A stretch of 64,000 nt of DNA from Dimorphilus gyrociliatus (lineage: Eukaryota; Animalia; Annelida), in assembly GCA_904063045.1 (NCBI GenBank), contig CAJFCJ010000029.1:531778-595777 (forward strand), given 5' to 3'. The position numbers and the translations under genes are program-made. This document shows, piece by piece, positions 51,614 to 64,000 of the stretch; position 1 is the stretch's first letter; each line of letters begins with the position of its first letter. The notes beneath the pieces were generated by a model. The model worked only from the letters and a program-made list of their open reading frames with translations, made no database searches and had not been told where the DNA came from.

Positions 51614-51760
51614 GGGCCAAACTTGGAGGTACTGCTATACCAAGTCAACCCGTGAGAAAACTTAAGCAAGCTTAATGCTTTCTCTGAAGACAAAAATACT
51701 GTTAACCATATTAGATAACACAGTGTGTTATCAGTTAGCGGTTAAACTAACTAGAACAGA
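51614..51760 (-). pseudogene. U2: Displaced 3' part (nt 40-186) of host U2-A
   Basis: Reverse complement of 34982-35128. Confidence 0.95.
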
Positions 51761-52077
51761 GTTATTTAAATGTATTATACAGGTAAAAGGAGGAGACAGT
51801 GTTTTTCAATTGCAGGATGAATGGCATAGAGGGAGTTAGGTAAACAAAAAAGAGGGGTATAAGTGACATAGACGACAGGAGTTAAAGGCCAATGTGGACC
51901 AACAGGAACCGGCACATGAGAACAAATAGCAGAATAGGATTGATGTAGAAGCAAGGGAAAAGGGGTAAATCCCAGTGACACAGGCACTTTACAATAATTT
52001 ACGACACCCTTAACATATCACAGACACATAACAGACGAAAAAACGAATAAACAGTTGATAGCCAGTACATTTTTATT

Positions 52078-55000
52078 TTAATGACCGTTAATGTGCGCGT
52101 CGTAGGCGTCCTTTGAGCCACGAATCGCTTCCGCCACGCACAGCTGGGACAGCATACCCCGGTAAGCGAACGCTATGCCCAGAGCCCGAAAGACCTTGGA
52201 GTTCCCCCTGCACCAGGCGCCCAAAGAACCAACAGCAAATGGTAGAATCTCTACTGCCTTGCCTTGTCCCTCCAGCTCAGTTTTTAGGACCGCATACTTG
52301 TTGATCTTCTCCTGGGCAGCGCGAGCAAGGGCGCCAGGCCTCTCAAAGGGGACCGTGACGTCGATCAGCACCACCCTGTCATCCGCGCACCTAATCACTA
52401 TGTCAGGGCGAAGGGCAGTGGAGGATTCGGGCAACGTCCTGTTTACCGTAATGGTGGAACCGGGCGCCAGGCGGGCACCTTTGACCAGACGATCCTGGAT
52501 GGCGTTATGTCGATCACCGTACAGGCCATACCCAGTACGGCAGTTGTTTAGAACATGCCGCACTGATTCCACTTGGAAGTGGCACCGCCTGCAATCAGGC
52601 CTAACCCGGGCACTGTATCTGGACTTGACGGCATTGGTCTGGAGAAGACCCAGCCGAGCCCGAAAGATGAATCGGTAGTCCTTATACCGCAAGCCGAAGC
52701 CGGTGTAAAGGAAATGGTTGGAGACAGGGTGCAAGCAGGTGTCCTGGAAGGACCTGCCCTGCTCCGCCAATTTAGCGAACTCTCTAACATTGAGCTCCGT
52801 GACCGCCGACCTAAGTAATGGGAAAGGTTCGTGGGTGCGACGGATACGGATAGCTAGGGGTTCGAGGTTGCGTTCGTCATCCCCAAACGACAATTCCTGC
52901 CAGTTGGATTGGACCTCGTGGCGAAATTGCGGCTGGTTCTGGTGCCAACTCCTACTCACCGTGGCGGTAATGGTAGGCGTAAGGGCGTCATCAAGGTGCC
53001 ATTCAAGGTTTATAGATTTGTGCAAGCGCCTGGAGGCCGACCTAGTGACTGACATCACCGTCTGAGCGGAAGAGGAGGAAGAGGAGAAAGGAGGAGTCGT
53101 TGACCCGTTGAGGTAAGAGGCCAAAACGTCCCCTGTAAGAGCGGTGCCGCGGGCCACTCTGGCCTTAGCGGCCTTAACAAGAGTTGCGCAGGCGATAAAG
53201 CGGATGGTAGGGTCCTCCGATTTGAGGAGTTGAAAAGTGTGTCCCACACGGGCTATGTCCACCTCTACCCTAGTGGGGATTAGGCCTACACCGCCCATTT
53301 TAGCGGGAGCGGCAAAGAACGACCTAGCGGCGTTGTTTGTGGTGGCCATGGTGGTGCGGATAGCGCGAATAACCATCGAATCGAGGTCCGCTAGTTCCTC
53401 CTTAAGGAAACGGTGGGTTCGCAGTGCGAATTGAATACGGGGGAGAATGAAGGCCTTGATGGAGGACACCTTTTGCCAGGGCGCGAGGTTGGACTCCATA
53501 GTAAGCCGAAGAAGGGAGCGGATCCTCTCAATCACCCCATCATCCTTGAGAAGCTCCTTCCTGAAGCCAATGGGCGTGCCCAGATAGGTGTAGGTCTCCT
53601 CAAGGCCTAGCGCCTTAATAGGTTCGTTAGCCACGAATAGGGGGGTCGGGTCGGCGACTCCACGATGGAGGCACAAGGTAGCGCATTTACGCGGAGCAAA
53701 TTTTAGGTTTGCCAGACCCGCCGACCGCTCGGCAACATTGAGGAGGTGTTGCAGACCACGGCGAGAGTTTGCGACCACCACAAGGTCATCGGCATAGGCT
53801 AGACCGCAAATGGATACGGACCTTAGACCTAGGACAGCCGCCTGAGCGGCGATCTTGAACCCATCTCTGTCTTTTGAGGCGTTAACGCTACGTAGAGCTC
53901 CCTCAAAGCAGAGATTAAAGAGGAAGGGGCTGAGACCGTCGCCCTGCCTAACACCTTTGTGGATGGAAATGGGTGCTGTGCATCCTTCCGTCGTGATAAC
54001 CTCCGTAGTGGCGTTGGTATATACATTCCGGATAAGGTTAACGAGACTGGGCGGCACTCCTACAAGGGACAACATGTCGAAGATAACGCAATGGGGGATA
54101 GAGGGGAAGGCTTGCGCAATATCGACGAATCCTAGGCAGATGCGTTTATCACTACGTTTGGCCTCGTCAAGGGCCGAGGTCAAGGCGAAGTTATGCTCGA
54201 AGACACCGGGGGCCGTAGTAAATCCCCTTTGCTCCTTGCTAAGGATATCATTGTCTCTGGCCATCTACTCAGACGCCGGGCCAGCAGACTACTAAAAAGT
54301 TTGTAAATGGTAGAGAGGAGGGCAATAGGCCTACAGTTGGCCGGCAGCGAAGGGTCGAGATCCTTTTTGGGGATCATTATAGTGCGAGACCGCTTCAGAC
54401 AGGAGGGAATCTGTCCATGTCGCCAGAACAACCTATAGAAAGCCCTGAGGGTTAAGCCTTTCGGATCGAATTTCTTAAGATCCTTGTAGGTGATGCCGTC
54501 AAGACCGGGAGCAGAGTTGTTGGTTCGCTTAAGCTGGCCGACAATCTCAGCGCGGGATGGGGACGGAGCAAGGGGTGGTTAGGGTCGGTCAATTCTATGC
54601 CGTCGATGGCCCTGCTTTCGAAGTTAAAGGTATCGGGGGTGAGAGCAGGGGGGATTTCATTGGCGAGTTGAACGTCTTCTGGGTCAGGCGGTGGGGCCGC
54701 GGCCGGAAGAAACTCCCTGTCGGGAGACCACTGATATGAAGGAGGAGGAGGGGCGACCGATTCAATAAAGAAAGAGGTCATATCTTCAATGGAAGCGGAA
54801 CACTTGGTCTCCTCAGGGTTAGCGATACGGCGGAAAGTGCTAGCCGGATTACGCTTGTAGGCCCTTTGGATATTAGTAGCCGCTTGCCATTGATTGTTAG
54901 CCGCATTCGGAGGGGGGCGAGCAAAGTTCCTATTCGCGACTCTACCGCCAGCACTCTCATGCACCCTGGACTTGGCGTTGGAAATGGCGAGAACCCAGGC

Positions 55001-57578
55001 GTCGAAAACTTCTTCCACGCGGGACCATTCGGACTGACTTCCAATAATCTTGGGGGCAAACTCAGTTAGGATAGCGGCAGCGAAACCCGAAAGTTGCTCC
55101 TCGCGTTCCCGTTCAAGCTGTTGATGGGACACGTGCGCAGGAGGAGGGGACGGGGGGTCGGGGAGGAGACTGTTATTATTATTATCATTAGTAACCTCGT
55201 GGTCACGGGACACCGACCGATCCAACCGCGGAGGGGGAGACCAATCTCGAGCGGGAGAGCGGGGACAAGAAAGCGGGGGGGGAGAAGAGGAAGAAGGGAC
55301 GAGAGAACTGGGGATAATGTCAGCGTCCTCGTCGTAGGAACCATCCCTCTCCGTATCGCACGAAGGCGGCGGGGGGGAATCGGGGACCACCAGGGGCGCC
55401 ACCGGTGACGAGTCGATACCGGGGGCAAGGGTAGGCCTAGGTGGGGAGGGATTAGAGGCGACGCGTTCTTCACGGATAAGTTGACTTAGGCTTGTGGAAG
55501 AAGGGCGCGGGGGAGGCGGGGGAGACATCACGGAGGCAGGACCAGCGGCCGAGTCCGGAGAGCTCAACCCCTTATTAACTTTAGGCGGGGAAATCTGACC
55601 TTTAGGCGGGGAAATCCGCTCTTTAGGAGGGGAAATCCGAGCTTGGGCAGAGGGGTTCGGACCTGTAGTTGGGGGGAACGAACTGTCTTGGTCGGAGCAC
55701 CGACTTTAGGAGGAGGTTTCCCAGCCTCCGTCGGTCGTGCAAGGGTGGCCCTAGAAGAGGAGGAAGAAACAACCGAACCCGAATCTGGGATCGCACTGGC
55801 CGGGGGTATTTTTGGGACGAGTGCTGAGGAGGAGATAACCTTACGGGGACGGGGTTTCCTGATCTTACTATTATTTTTGTTTTTAGAAGGCGACGGCGGC
55901 AGAGTGGCGAGCGGCAAGAGAGCCTTTGCGGAAGGAAGAGCCGGGGGGGAGATTTGACCACTTTCGCAAACGAGCCATTCGGCAGAGCGGGAAGAGTGGG
56001 AATGGTGGCGGGGGAAGGCCCAACAGAGATGCGTTGGACAATGGGCTGGGAAGGGGGGGACTGGGATGCAGCGGCAGGAGAGTCCGAGTCATCTAAATAG
56101 ATGGACGAGGGATGACCCCCATGATCGCGGTTGAAATGTCTCTTCACAATCCCCAGTGAACGGAAGAAATGGCGACAGCCCCGACACATAAAGGTCACTT
56201 GCTTAGCGTGGACGGAGCGGATGTGGGCTGAAATCCTGTTGGTAGTGCCGGAAAAGTTGTTGCAAACAGGGCACATTCTATCCAGAAGAGGATAGGTTAA
56301 CGGGATGTCGGTAGGGAGAAGGGGAACGGTAGGAGGAGACGCGGCGGAGACATTAGCTCCGGAAATGCACACGCAGGGCGACACCTTGCAAGGACATTGC
56401 GCGGACACAGAAGCAACGACCGGCGGAGGCCTAGGCGCGTTGGGAGGAATTGTCACACGGTCTGAGTCAGCCGCTGCCTGATTAGGACAGGGGGCCGGCG
56501 CAGGCCTACTCGTGGGAGAAAGATTCTTCTCACAGACAGGGGCAGCGGAGGGATTAGCGGTTGGCTGAGGCCTATCTGTGGGAGCGTTAACCGGAGTACC
56601 GGCCACGCTAACCGAAGTCCCACAGGATGATTTTGAATTATCAACAGGTACAATGGCGGACGAGGGAGGAACAGCGGCGACAACAGCAGAGGCACCACCA
56701 ACCGAACGACGCCGTTCGGAGTTGTAAAAAGTTTGCGTAGCAACCCTTATGGGGGCTATTGCGGGTGCAGGAGAAGAAGCAGCCTTCTTCTTCTTGGCCG
56801 CGAGGGAACGAGTATAGATAGGGGAACGGTCAGGTACAGGGACAGCAACAGTAACAACAGATGGGGCGGGACGGGACTTGGACGGGGGACGAGAAGGAGG
56901 GACAGACACAGAAACATGACCGCCAGGAACAGCCGTACTCACCCTCGACGAAACCGGATCAGCAGTAGCAGAAGAGGAAGAGAGGACGGCAGAGGGGGCA
57001 CCCAGAACCGAAGAGGAAGAAGATGCAGCCGTAGTAGCAGTGGTAGTAGTAGTAGAGGTAGTAGAGGTAGAAGAGGGGGAGGGAGAACCGGTAATGTCCA
57101 TAACACGCGAGACAGGTGTAGAGGTGACGGGAACGGAGATGGGAGAGTTGTTGTCCGAAACAGGCACACACACACACACAGGATCGGCAGGAGGAGTAAA
57201 CAAAGAACGAGGAGGGAAGGAGCGTCGGGCCGCGGGAAGGCAGAGAAGACGTTCTTGAGAGGCCAGCCGCACATCAGCCGCACATAACATATCCGCCATG
57301 TATCCAGCATCCTCGTCCTCTGCAGCGCCCACTGCCGGACCAAAGTCCAGGCCGTTGTCTTCCGCGGGGACGCTAGCTAAAGAGCCCGCATCCTGCTTTG
57401 CCGCGTCTTCCATCTCGTCATCACGTCGAACAGGAGACTCGTCCATGAGCTCAGATAGAGAGGAGCCGTCGTTACTTTGTACAGCCCTGCCCATCGTCAT
57501 CTGCTCCTCCGGTAGCCCTGAAAAGGGCTGTTTTGTAACTGTTCCACCTTGGGAGGTCTTAAGTGAGGCCTTCTCCAT
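52078..57578 (-). CDS. E4 polyprotein (ZF-RT-RLE), interrupted by 1-nt indels
   Basis: ORF pieces 55623-57578, 54452-55567 and 52078-54264 match E1. Confidence 0.9.
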
Positions 57579-57587
57579 TGAGAAGAA

Positions 57588-57736
57588 GGGCCGAACTTGG
57601 AGGTACTGCTAGACCAAGTCAACCCGAGGATTCTTTGAAGCAAGCTTCTAGGAACCCAGACCACACAAAAATCCCGTAATCGTTATTAAGGCAACCCAAT
57701 GGATTGCCAGCTAGCGATTAAACTAACTAGAACAGA
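57588..57736 (-). ncRNA. U2: Element-borne U2-B module (nt 40-188) of E4, preceded directly by the E5 3' end
   Basis: Same sequence as 29006-29154. Confidence 0.9.
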
Positions 57737-60700
57737 GTTATTTAAATGTATTATACAGGTAAAAGGAGGAGACAGTGTTTTTCAATTGCAGGATGAATGG
57801 CATAGAGGGAGTTAGGTAAACAAAAAAGAGGGGTATAAGTGACATAGACGACAGGAGTTAAAGGCCAATGTGGACCAACAGGAACCGGCACATGAGAACA
57901 AATAGCAGAATAGGATTGATGTAGAAGCAAGGGAAAAGGGGTAAATCCCAGTGACACAGGCACTTTACAATAATTTACGACACCCTTAACATATCACAGA
58001 CACATAACAGACGAAAAAACGAATAAACAGTTGATAGCCAGTACATTTTTATTTTAATGACCGTTAATGTGCGCGTCGTAGGCGTCCTTTGAGCCACGAA
58101 TCGCTTCCGCCACGCACAGCTGGGACAGCATACCCCGGTAAGCGAACGCTATGCCAGAGCCCGAAAGACCTTGGAGTTCCCCCTGCACCAGGCGCCCAAA
58201 GAACCAACAGCAAATGGTAGAATCTCTACTGCCTTGCCTTGTCCCTCCAGCTCAGTTTTTAGGACCGCATACTTGTTGATCTTCTCCTGGGCAGCGCGAG
58301 CAAGGGCGCCAGGCCTCTCAAAGGGGACCGTGACGTCGATCAGCACCACCCTGTCATCCGCGCACCTAATCACTATGTCAGGGCGAAGGGCAGTGGAGGA
58401 TTCGGGCAACGTCCTGTTTACCGTAATGGTGGAACCGGGCGCCAGGCGGGCACCTTTGACCAGACGATCCTGGATGGCGTTATGTCGATCACCGTACAGG
58501 CCATACCCAGTACGGCAGTTGTTTAGAACATGCCGCACTGATTCCACTTGGAAGTGGCACCGCCTGCAATCAGGCCTAACCCGGGCACTGTATCTGGACT
58601 TGACGGCATTGGTCTGGAGAAGACCCAGCCGAGCCCGAAAGATGAATCGGTAGTCCTTATACCGCAAGCCGAAGCCGGTGTAAAGGAAATGGTTGGAGAC
58701 AGGGTGCAAGCAGGTGTCCTGGAAGGACCTGCCCTGCTCCGCCAATTTAGCGAACTCTCTAACATTGAGCTCCGTGACCGCCGACCTAAGTAATGGGAAA
58801 GGTTCGTGGGTGCGACGGATACGGATAGCTAGGGGTTCGAGGTTGCGTTCGTCATCCCCAAACGACAATTCCTGCCAGTTGGATTGGACCTCGTGGCGAA
58901 ATTGCGGCTGGTTCTGGTGCCAACTCCTACTCACCGTGGCGGTAATGGTAGGCGTAAGGGCGTCATCAAGGTGCCATTCAAGGTTTATAGATTTGTGCAA
59001 GCGCCTGGAGGCCGACCTAGTGACTGACATCACCGTCTGAGCGGAAGAGGAGGAAGAGGAGAAAGGAGGAGTCGTTGACCCGTTGAGGTAAGAGGCCAAA
59101 ACGTCCCCTGTAAGAGCGGTGCCGCGGGCCACTCTGGCCTTAGCGGCCTTAACAAGAGTTGCGCAGGCGATAAAGCGGATGGTAGGGTCCTCCGATTTGA
59201 GGAGTTGAAAAGTGTGTCCCACACGGGCTATGTCCACCTCTACCCTAGTGGGGATTAGGCCTACACCGCCCATTTTAGCGGGAGCGGCAAAGAACGACCT
59301 AGCGGCGTTGTTTGTGGTGGCCATGGTGGTGCGGATAGCGCGAATAACCATCGAATCGAGGTCCGCTAGTTCCTCCTTAAGGAAACGGTGGGTTCGCAGT
59401 GCGAATTGAATACGGGGGAGAATGAAGGCCTTGATGGAGGACACCTTTTGCCAGGGCGCGAGGTTGGACTCCATAGTAAGCCGAAGAAGGGAGCGGATCC
59501 TCTCAATCACCCCATCATCCTTGAGAAGCTCCTTCCTGAAGCCAATGGGCGTGCCCAGATAGGTGTAGGTCTCCTCAAGGCCTAGCGCCTTAATAGGTTC
59601 GTTAGCCACGAATAGGGGGGTCGGGTCGGCGACTCCACGATGGAGGCACAAGGTAGCGCATTTACGCGGAGCAAATTTTAGGTTTGCCAGACCCGCCGAC
59701 CGCTCGGCAACATTGAGGAGGTGTTGCAGACCACGGCGAGAGTTTGCGACCACCACAAGGTCATCGGCATAGGCTAGACCGCAAATGGATACGGACCTTA
59801 GACCTAGGACAGCCGCCTGAGCGGCGATCTTGAACCCATCTCTGTCTTTTGAGGCGTTAACGCTACGTAGAGCTCCCTCAAAGCAGAGATTAAAGAGGAA
59901 GGGGCTGAGACCGTCGCCCTGCCTAACACCTTTGTGGATGGAAATGGGTGCTGTGCATCCTTCCGTCGTGATAACCTCCGTAGTGGCGTTGGTATATACA
60001 TTCCGGATAAGGTTAACGAGACTGGGCGGCACTCCTACAAGGGACAACATGTCGAAGATAACGCAATGGGGGATAGAGGGGAAGGCTTGCGCAATATCGA
60101 CGAATCCTAGGCAGATGCGTTTATCACTACGTTTGGCCTCGTCAAGGGCCGAGGTCAAGGCGAAGTTATGCTCGAAGACACCGGGGGCCGTAGTAAATCC
60201 CCTTTGCTCCTTGCTAAGGATATCATTGTCTCTGGCCCATCTACTCAGACGCCGGGCCAGCAGACTACTAAAAAGTTTGTAAATGGTAGAGAGGAGGGCA
60301 ATAGGCCTACAGTTGGCCGGCAGCGAAGGGTCGAGATCCTTTTTGGGGATCATTATAGTGCGAGACCGCTTCAGACAGGAGGGAATCTGTCCATGTCGCC
60401 AGAACAACCTATAGAAAGCCCTGAGGGTTAAGCCTTTCGGATCGAATTTCTTAAGATCCTTGTAGGTGATGCCGTCAAGACCGGGAGCAGAGTTGTTGGT
60501 TCGCTTAAGCTGGCCGACAATCTCAGCGCGGGATGGGGGACGGAGCAAGGGGTGGTTAGGGTCGGTCAATTCTATGCCGTCGATGGCCCTGCTTTCGAAG
60601 TTAAAGGTATCGGGGGTGAGAGCAGGGGGGATTTCATTGGCGAGTTGAACGTCTTCTGGGTCAGGCGGTGGGGCCGCGGCCGGAAGAAACTCCCTGTCGG

Positions 60701-63700
60701 GAGACCACTGATATGAAGGAGGAGGAGGGGCGACCGATTCAATAAAGAAAGAGGTCATATCTTCAATGGAAGCGGAACACTTGGTCTCCTCAGGGTTAGC
60801 GATACGGCGGAAAGTGCTAGCCGGATTACGCTTGTAGGCCCTTTGGATATTAGTAGCCGCTTGCCATTGATTGTTAGCCGCATTCGGAGGGGGGCGAGCA
60901 AAGTTCCTATTCGCGACTCTACCGCCAGCACTCTCATGCACCCTGGACTTGGCGTTGGAAATGGCGAGAACCCAGGCGTCGAAAACTTCTTCCACGCGGG
61001 ACCATTCGGACTGACTTCCAATAATCTTGGGGGCAAACTCAGTTAGGATAGCGGCAGCGAAACCCGAAAGTTGCTCCTCGCGTTCCCGTTCAAGCTGTTG
61101 ATGGGACACGTGCGCAGGAGGAGGGGACGGGGGGTCGGGGAGGAGACTGTTATTATTATTATCATTAGTAACCTCGTGGTCACGGGACACCGACCGATCC
61201 AACCGCGGAGGGGGAGACCAATCTCGAGCGGGAGAGCGGGGACAAGAAAGCGGGGGGGGAGAAGAGGAAGAAGGGACGAGAGAACTGGGGATAATGTCAG
61301 CGTCCTCGTCGTAGGAACCATCCCTCTCCGTATCGCACGAAGGCGGCGGGGGGGAATCGGGGACCACCAGGGGCGCCACCGGTGACGAGTCGATACCGGG
61401 GCAAGGGTAGGCCTAGGTGGGGAGGGATTAGAGGCGACGCGTTCTTCACGGATAAGTTGACTTAGGCTTGTGGAAGAAGGGCGCGGGGGAGGCGGGGGAG
61501 ACATCACGGAGGCAGGACCAGCGGCCGAGTCCGGAGAGCTCAACCCCTTATTAACTTTAGGCGGGGAAATCTGACCTTTAGGCGGGGAAATCCGCTCTTT
61601 AGGAGGGGAAATCCGAGCTTGGGCAGAGGGGTTCGGACCTGTAGTTGGGGGGGAACGAACTGTCTTGGTCGGAGCACCGACTTTAGGAGGAGGTTTCCCA
61701 GCCTCCGTCGGTCGTGCAAGGGTGGCCCTAGAAGAGGAGGAAGAAACAACCGAACCCGAATCTGGGATCGCACTGGCCGGGGGTATTTTTGGGACGAGTG
61801 CTGAGGAGGAGATAACCTTACGGGGACGGGGTTTCCTGATCTTACTATTATTTTTGTTTTTAGAAGGCGACGGCGGCAGAGTGGCGAGCGGCAAGAGAGC
61901 CTTTGCGGAAGGAAGAGCCGGGGGGGGAGATTTGACCACTTTCGCAAACGAGCCATTCGGCAGAGCGGGAAGAGTGGGAATGGTGGCGGGGGAAGGCCCA
62001 ACAGAGATGCGTTGGACAATGGGCTGGGAAGGGGGGGACTGGGATGCAGCGGCAGGAGAGTCCGAGTCATCTAAATAGATGGACGAGGGATGACCCCATG
62101 ATCGCGGTTGAAATGTCTCTTCACAATCCCCAGTGAACGGAAGAAATGGCGACAGCCCCGACACATAAAGGTCACTTGCTTAGCGTGGACGGAGCGGATG
62201 TGGCTGAAATCCTGTTGGTAGTGCCGGAAAAGTTGTTGCAAACAGGGCACATTCTATCCAGAAGAGGATAGGTTAACGGGATGTCGGTAGGGAGAAGGGG
62301 AACGGTAGGAGGAGACGCGGCGGAGACATTAGCTCCGGAAATGCACACGCAGGGCGACACCTTGCAAGGACATTGCGCGGACACAGAAGCAACGACCGGC
62401 GGAGGCCTAGGCGCGTTGGGAGGAATTGTCACACGGTCTGAGTCAGCCGCTGCCTGATTAGGACAGGGGGCCGGCGCAGGCCTACTCGTGGGAGAAAGAT
62501 TCTTCTCACAGACAGGGGCAGCGGAGGGATTAGCGGTTGGCTGAGGCCTATCTGTGGGAGCGTTAACCGGAGTACCGGCCACGCTAACCGAAGTCCCACA
62601 GGATGATTTTGAATTATCAACAGGTACAATGGCGGACGAGGGAGGAACAGCGGCGACAACAGCAGAGGCACCACCAACCGAACGACGCCGTTCGGAGTTG
62701 TAAAAAGTTTGCGTAGCAACCCTTATGGGGGCTATTGCGGGTGCAGGAGAAGAAGCAGCCTTCTTCTTCTTGGCCGCGAGGGAACGAGTATAGATAGGGG
62801 AACGGTCAGGTACAGGGACAGCAACAGTAACAACAGATGGGGCGGGACGGGACTTGGACGGGGGACGAGAAGGAGGGACAGACACAGAAACATGACCGCC
62901 AGGAACAGCCGTACTCACCTCGACGAAACCGGATCAGCAGTAGCAGAAGAGGAAGAGAGGACGGCAGAGGGGGCACCCAGAACCGAAGAGGAAGAAGATG
63001 CAGCCGTAGTAGCAGTGGTAGTAGTAGTAGAGGTAGTAGAGGTAGAAGAGGGGGAGGGAGAACCGGTAATGTCCATAACACGCGAGACAGGTGTAGAGGT
63101 GACGGGAACGGAGATGGGAGAGTTGTTGTCCGAAACAGGCACACACACACACACAGGATCGGCAGGAGGAGTAAACAAAGAACGAGGAGGGAAGGAGCGT
63201 CGGGCCGCGGGAAGGCAGAGAAGACGTTCTTGAGAGGCCAGCCGCACATCAGCCGCACATAACATATCCGCCATGTATCCAGCATCCTCGTCCTCTGCAG
63301 CGCCCACTGCCGGACCAAAGTCCAGGCCGTTGTCTTCCGCGGGGACGCTAGCTAAAGAGCCCGCATCCTGCTTTGCCGCGTCTTCCATCTCGTCATCACG
63401 TCGAACAGGAGACTCGTCCATGAGCTCAGATAGAGAGGAGCCGTCGTTACTTTGTACAGCCCTGCCCATCGTCATCTGCTCCTCCGGTAGCCCTGAAAAG
63501 GGCTGTTTTGTAACTGTTCCACCTTGGAGGTCTTAAGTGAGGCCTTCTCCATTGAGAAGAAGGGCCGAACTTGGAGGTACTGCTAGACCAAGTCAACCCG
63601 AGGATTCTTTGAAGCAAGCTTCTAGGAACCCAGACCACACAAAAATCCCGTAATCGTTATTAAGGCAACCAATGGATTGCCAGCTAGCGATTAAACTAAC

Positions 63701-63709
63701 TAGAACAGA
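57737..63709 (-). mobile_element. Full-length retrotransposon copy E5, head-to-tail with E4
   Basis: Near-identical to E1/E4. The 5' junction is to host U2 nt 1-39. Confidence 0.94.
58054..63552 (-). CDS. E5 polyprotein (ZF-RT-RLE), interrupted by 1-nt indels
   Basis: The 1076-aa ORF 58149-61379 and upstream pieces match E1. ATG at 63552, TAA at 58054. Confidence 0.88.
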
Positions 63710-63747
63710 TACTACACTTTGATCTTAGCCAAAAGGCGAGAAGCGAT
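63562..63747 (-). ncRNA. U2: Chimeric U2 gene (host nt 1-39 plus U2-B of E5)
   Basis: As 28967-29154 but with two single-C losses (probable read errors). The host upstream region follows at 63748-64000. Confidence 0.88.
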
Positions 63748-64000
63748 AACATCCATCGTTTCATCAGTTTTTTTATGCGTTTCGAGCCTATTTCCGTTAC
63801 TTTTTGTCCCTGCGATTCGAAATTTAGAACCTTTTTGTAGTAATATCTTATTTTCATAAACGCATGGAGCGGTTTCCACTTCATATTGATTAAGAATTCT
63901 TGTGAAATATTTTTTCAATGCTAATTCAAAAATATTAGAGCGACTAGATTATTGAGAATAGGTTATTAACGGCTTTTTTTTTTTAATTTGGTAGCACTTT
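63748..64000 (-). promoter_or_regulatory. U2 upstream/promoter region (runs off the window)
   Basis: Reverse complement of about 26836-27089. I could not match a PSE consensus. Confidence 0.7.

Larger units (their letters stand above)
51761..57736 (-). mobile_element. Full-length retrotransposon copy E4
   Basis: Near-identical to E1, differing by homopolymer indels. The 3' junction is to U2-A nt 40. Confidence 0.95.

Noticed and set aside
29130-63536. Many antisense and alternate-frame ORFs within the elements
   Set aside because: Shadow frames of GC-rich coding sequence with no domain motifs.
26600-64000. CRISPR-like or prokaryotic system
   Set aside because: Eukaryotic context (spliceosomal introns, U2 snRNA). 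The repeats are kb-scale gene units, not short repeat-spacer arrays.

Overview
This is AT-rich eukaryotic DNA, probably from an invertebrate animal, with short GT-AG introns. Positions 1-26 kb are ordinary single-copy sequence holding three genes: an intronless class A peptide GPCR (4498-5625 +), a 4-exon orphan single-pass membrane protein (9494-11148 -), and a 7-exon ECT2/Pebble-like RhoGEF (18003-21673 -) that appears to lack the N-terminal BRCT repeats. Positions 26.6-64 kb are a U2 snRNA gene array with two arms pointing toward each other. The array is colonised by a ~5.98 kb single-ORF non-LTR retrotransposon (2x C2H2, RT, CCHC, restriction-like endonuclease; Utopia-like) inserted at U2 nt 39/40. 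Main discovery: each element begins with its own diverged but structurally intact copy of U2 nt 40-188. This copy keeps stems IIa/IIb/IIc, the Sm site and stems III and IV through compensatory changes. Insertion therefore rebuilds a complete chimeric U2 gene under the host promoter, with the element ORF starting 10 nt after the U2 3' end. It also recreates the target site, so copies stack head-to-tail. Two copies are exact GT-AG spliced isoforms of the element RNA, sharing one donor and using two different acceptors. Coordinates were counted by hand. Homopolymer frameshifts in the near-identical copies look like sequencing or assembly errors.
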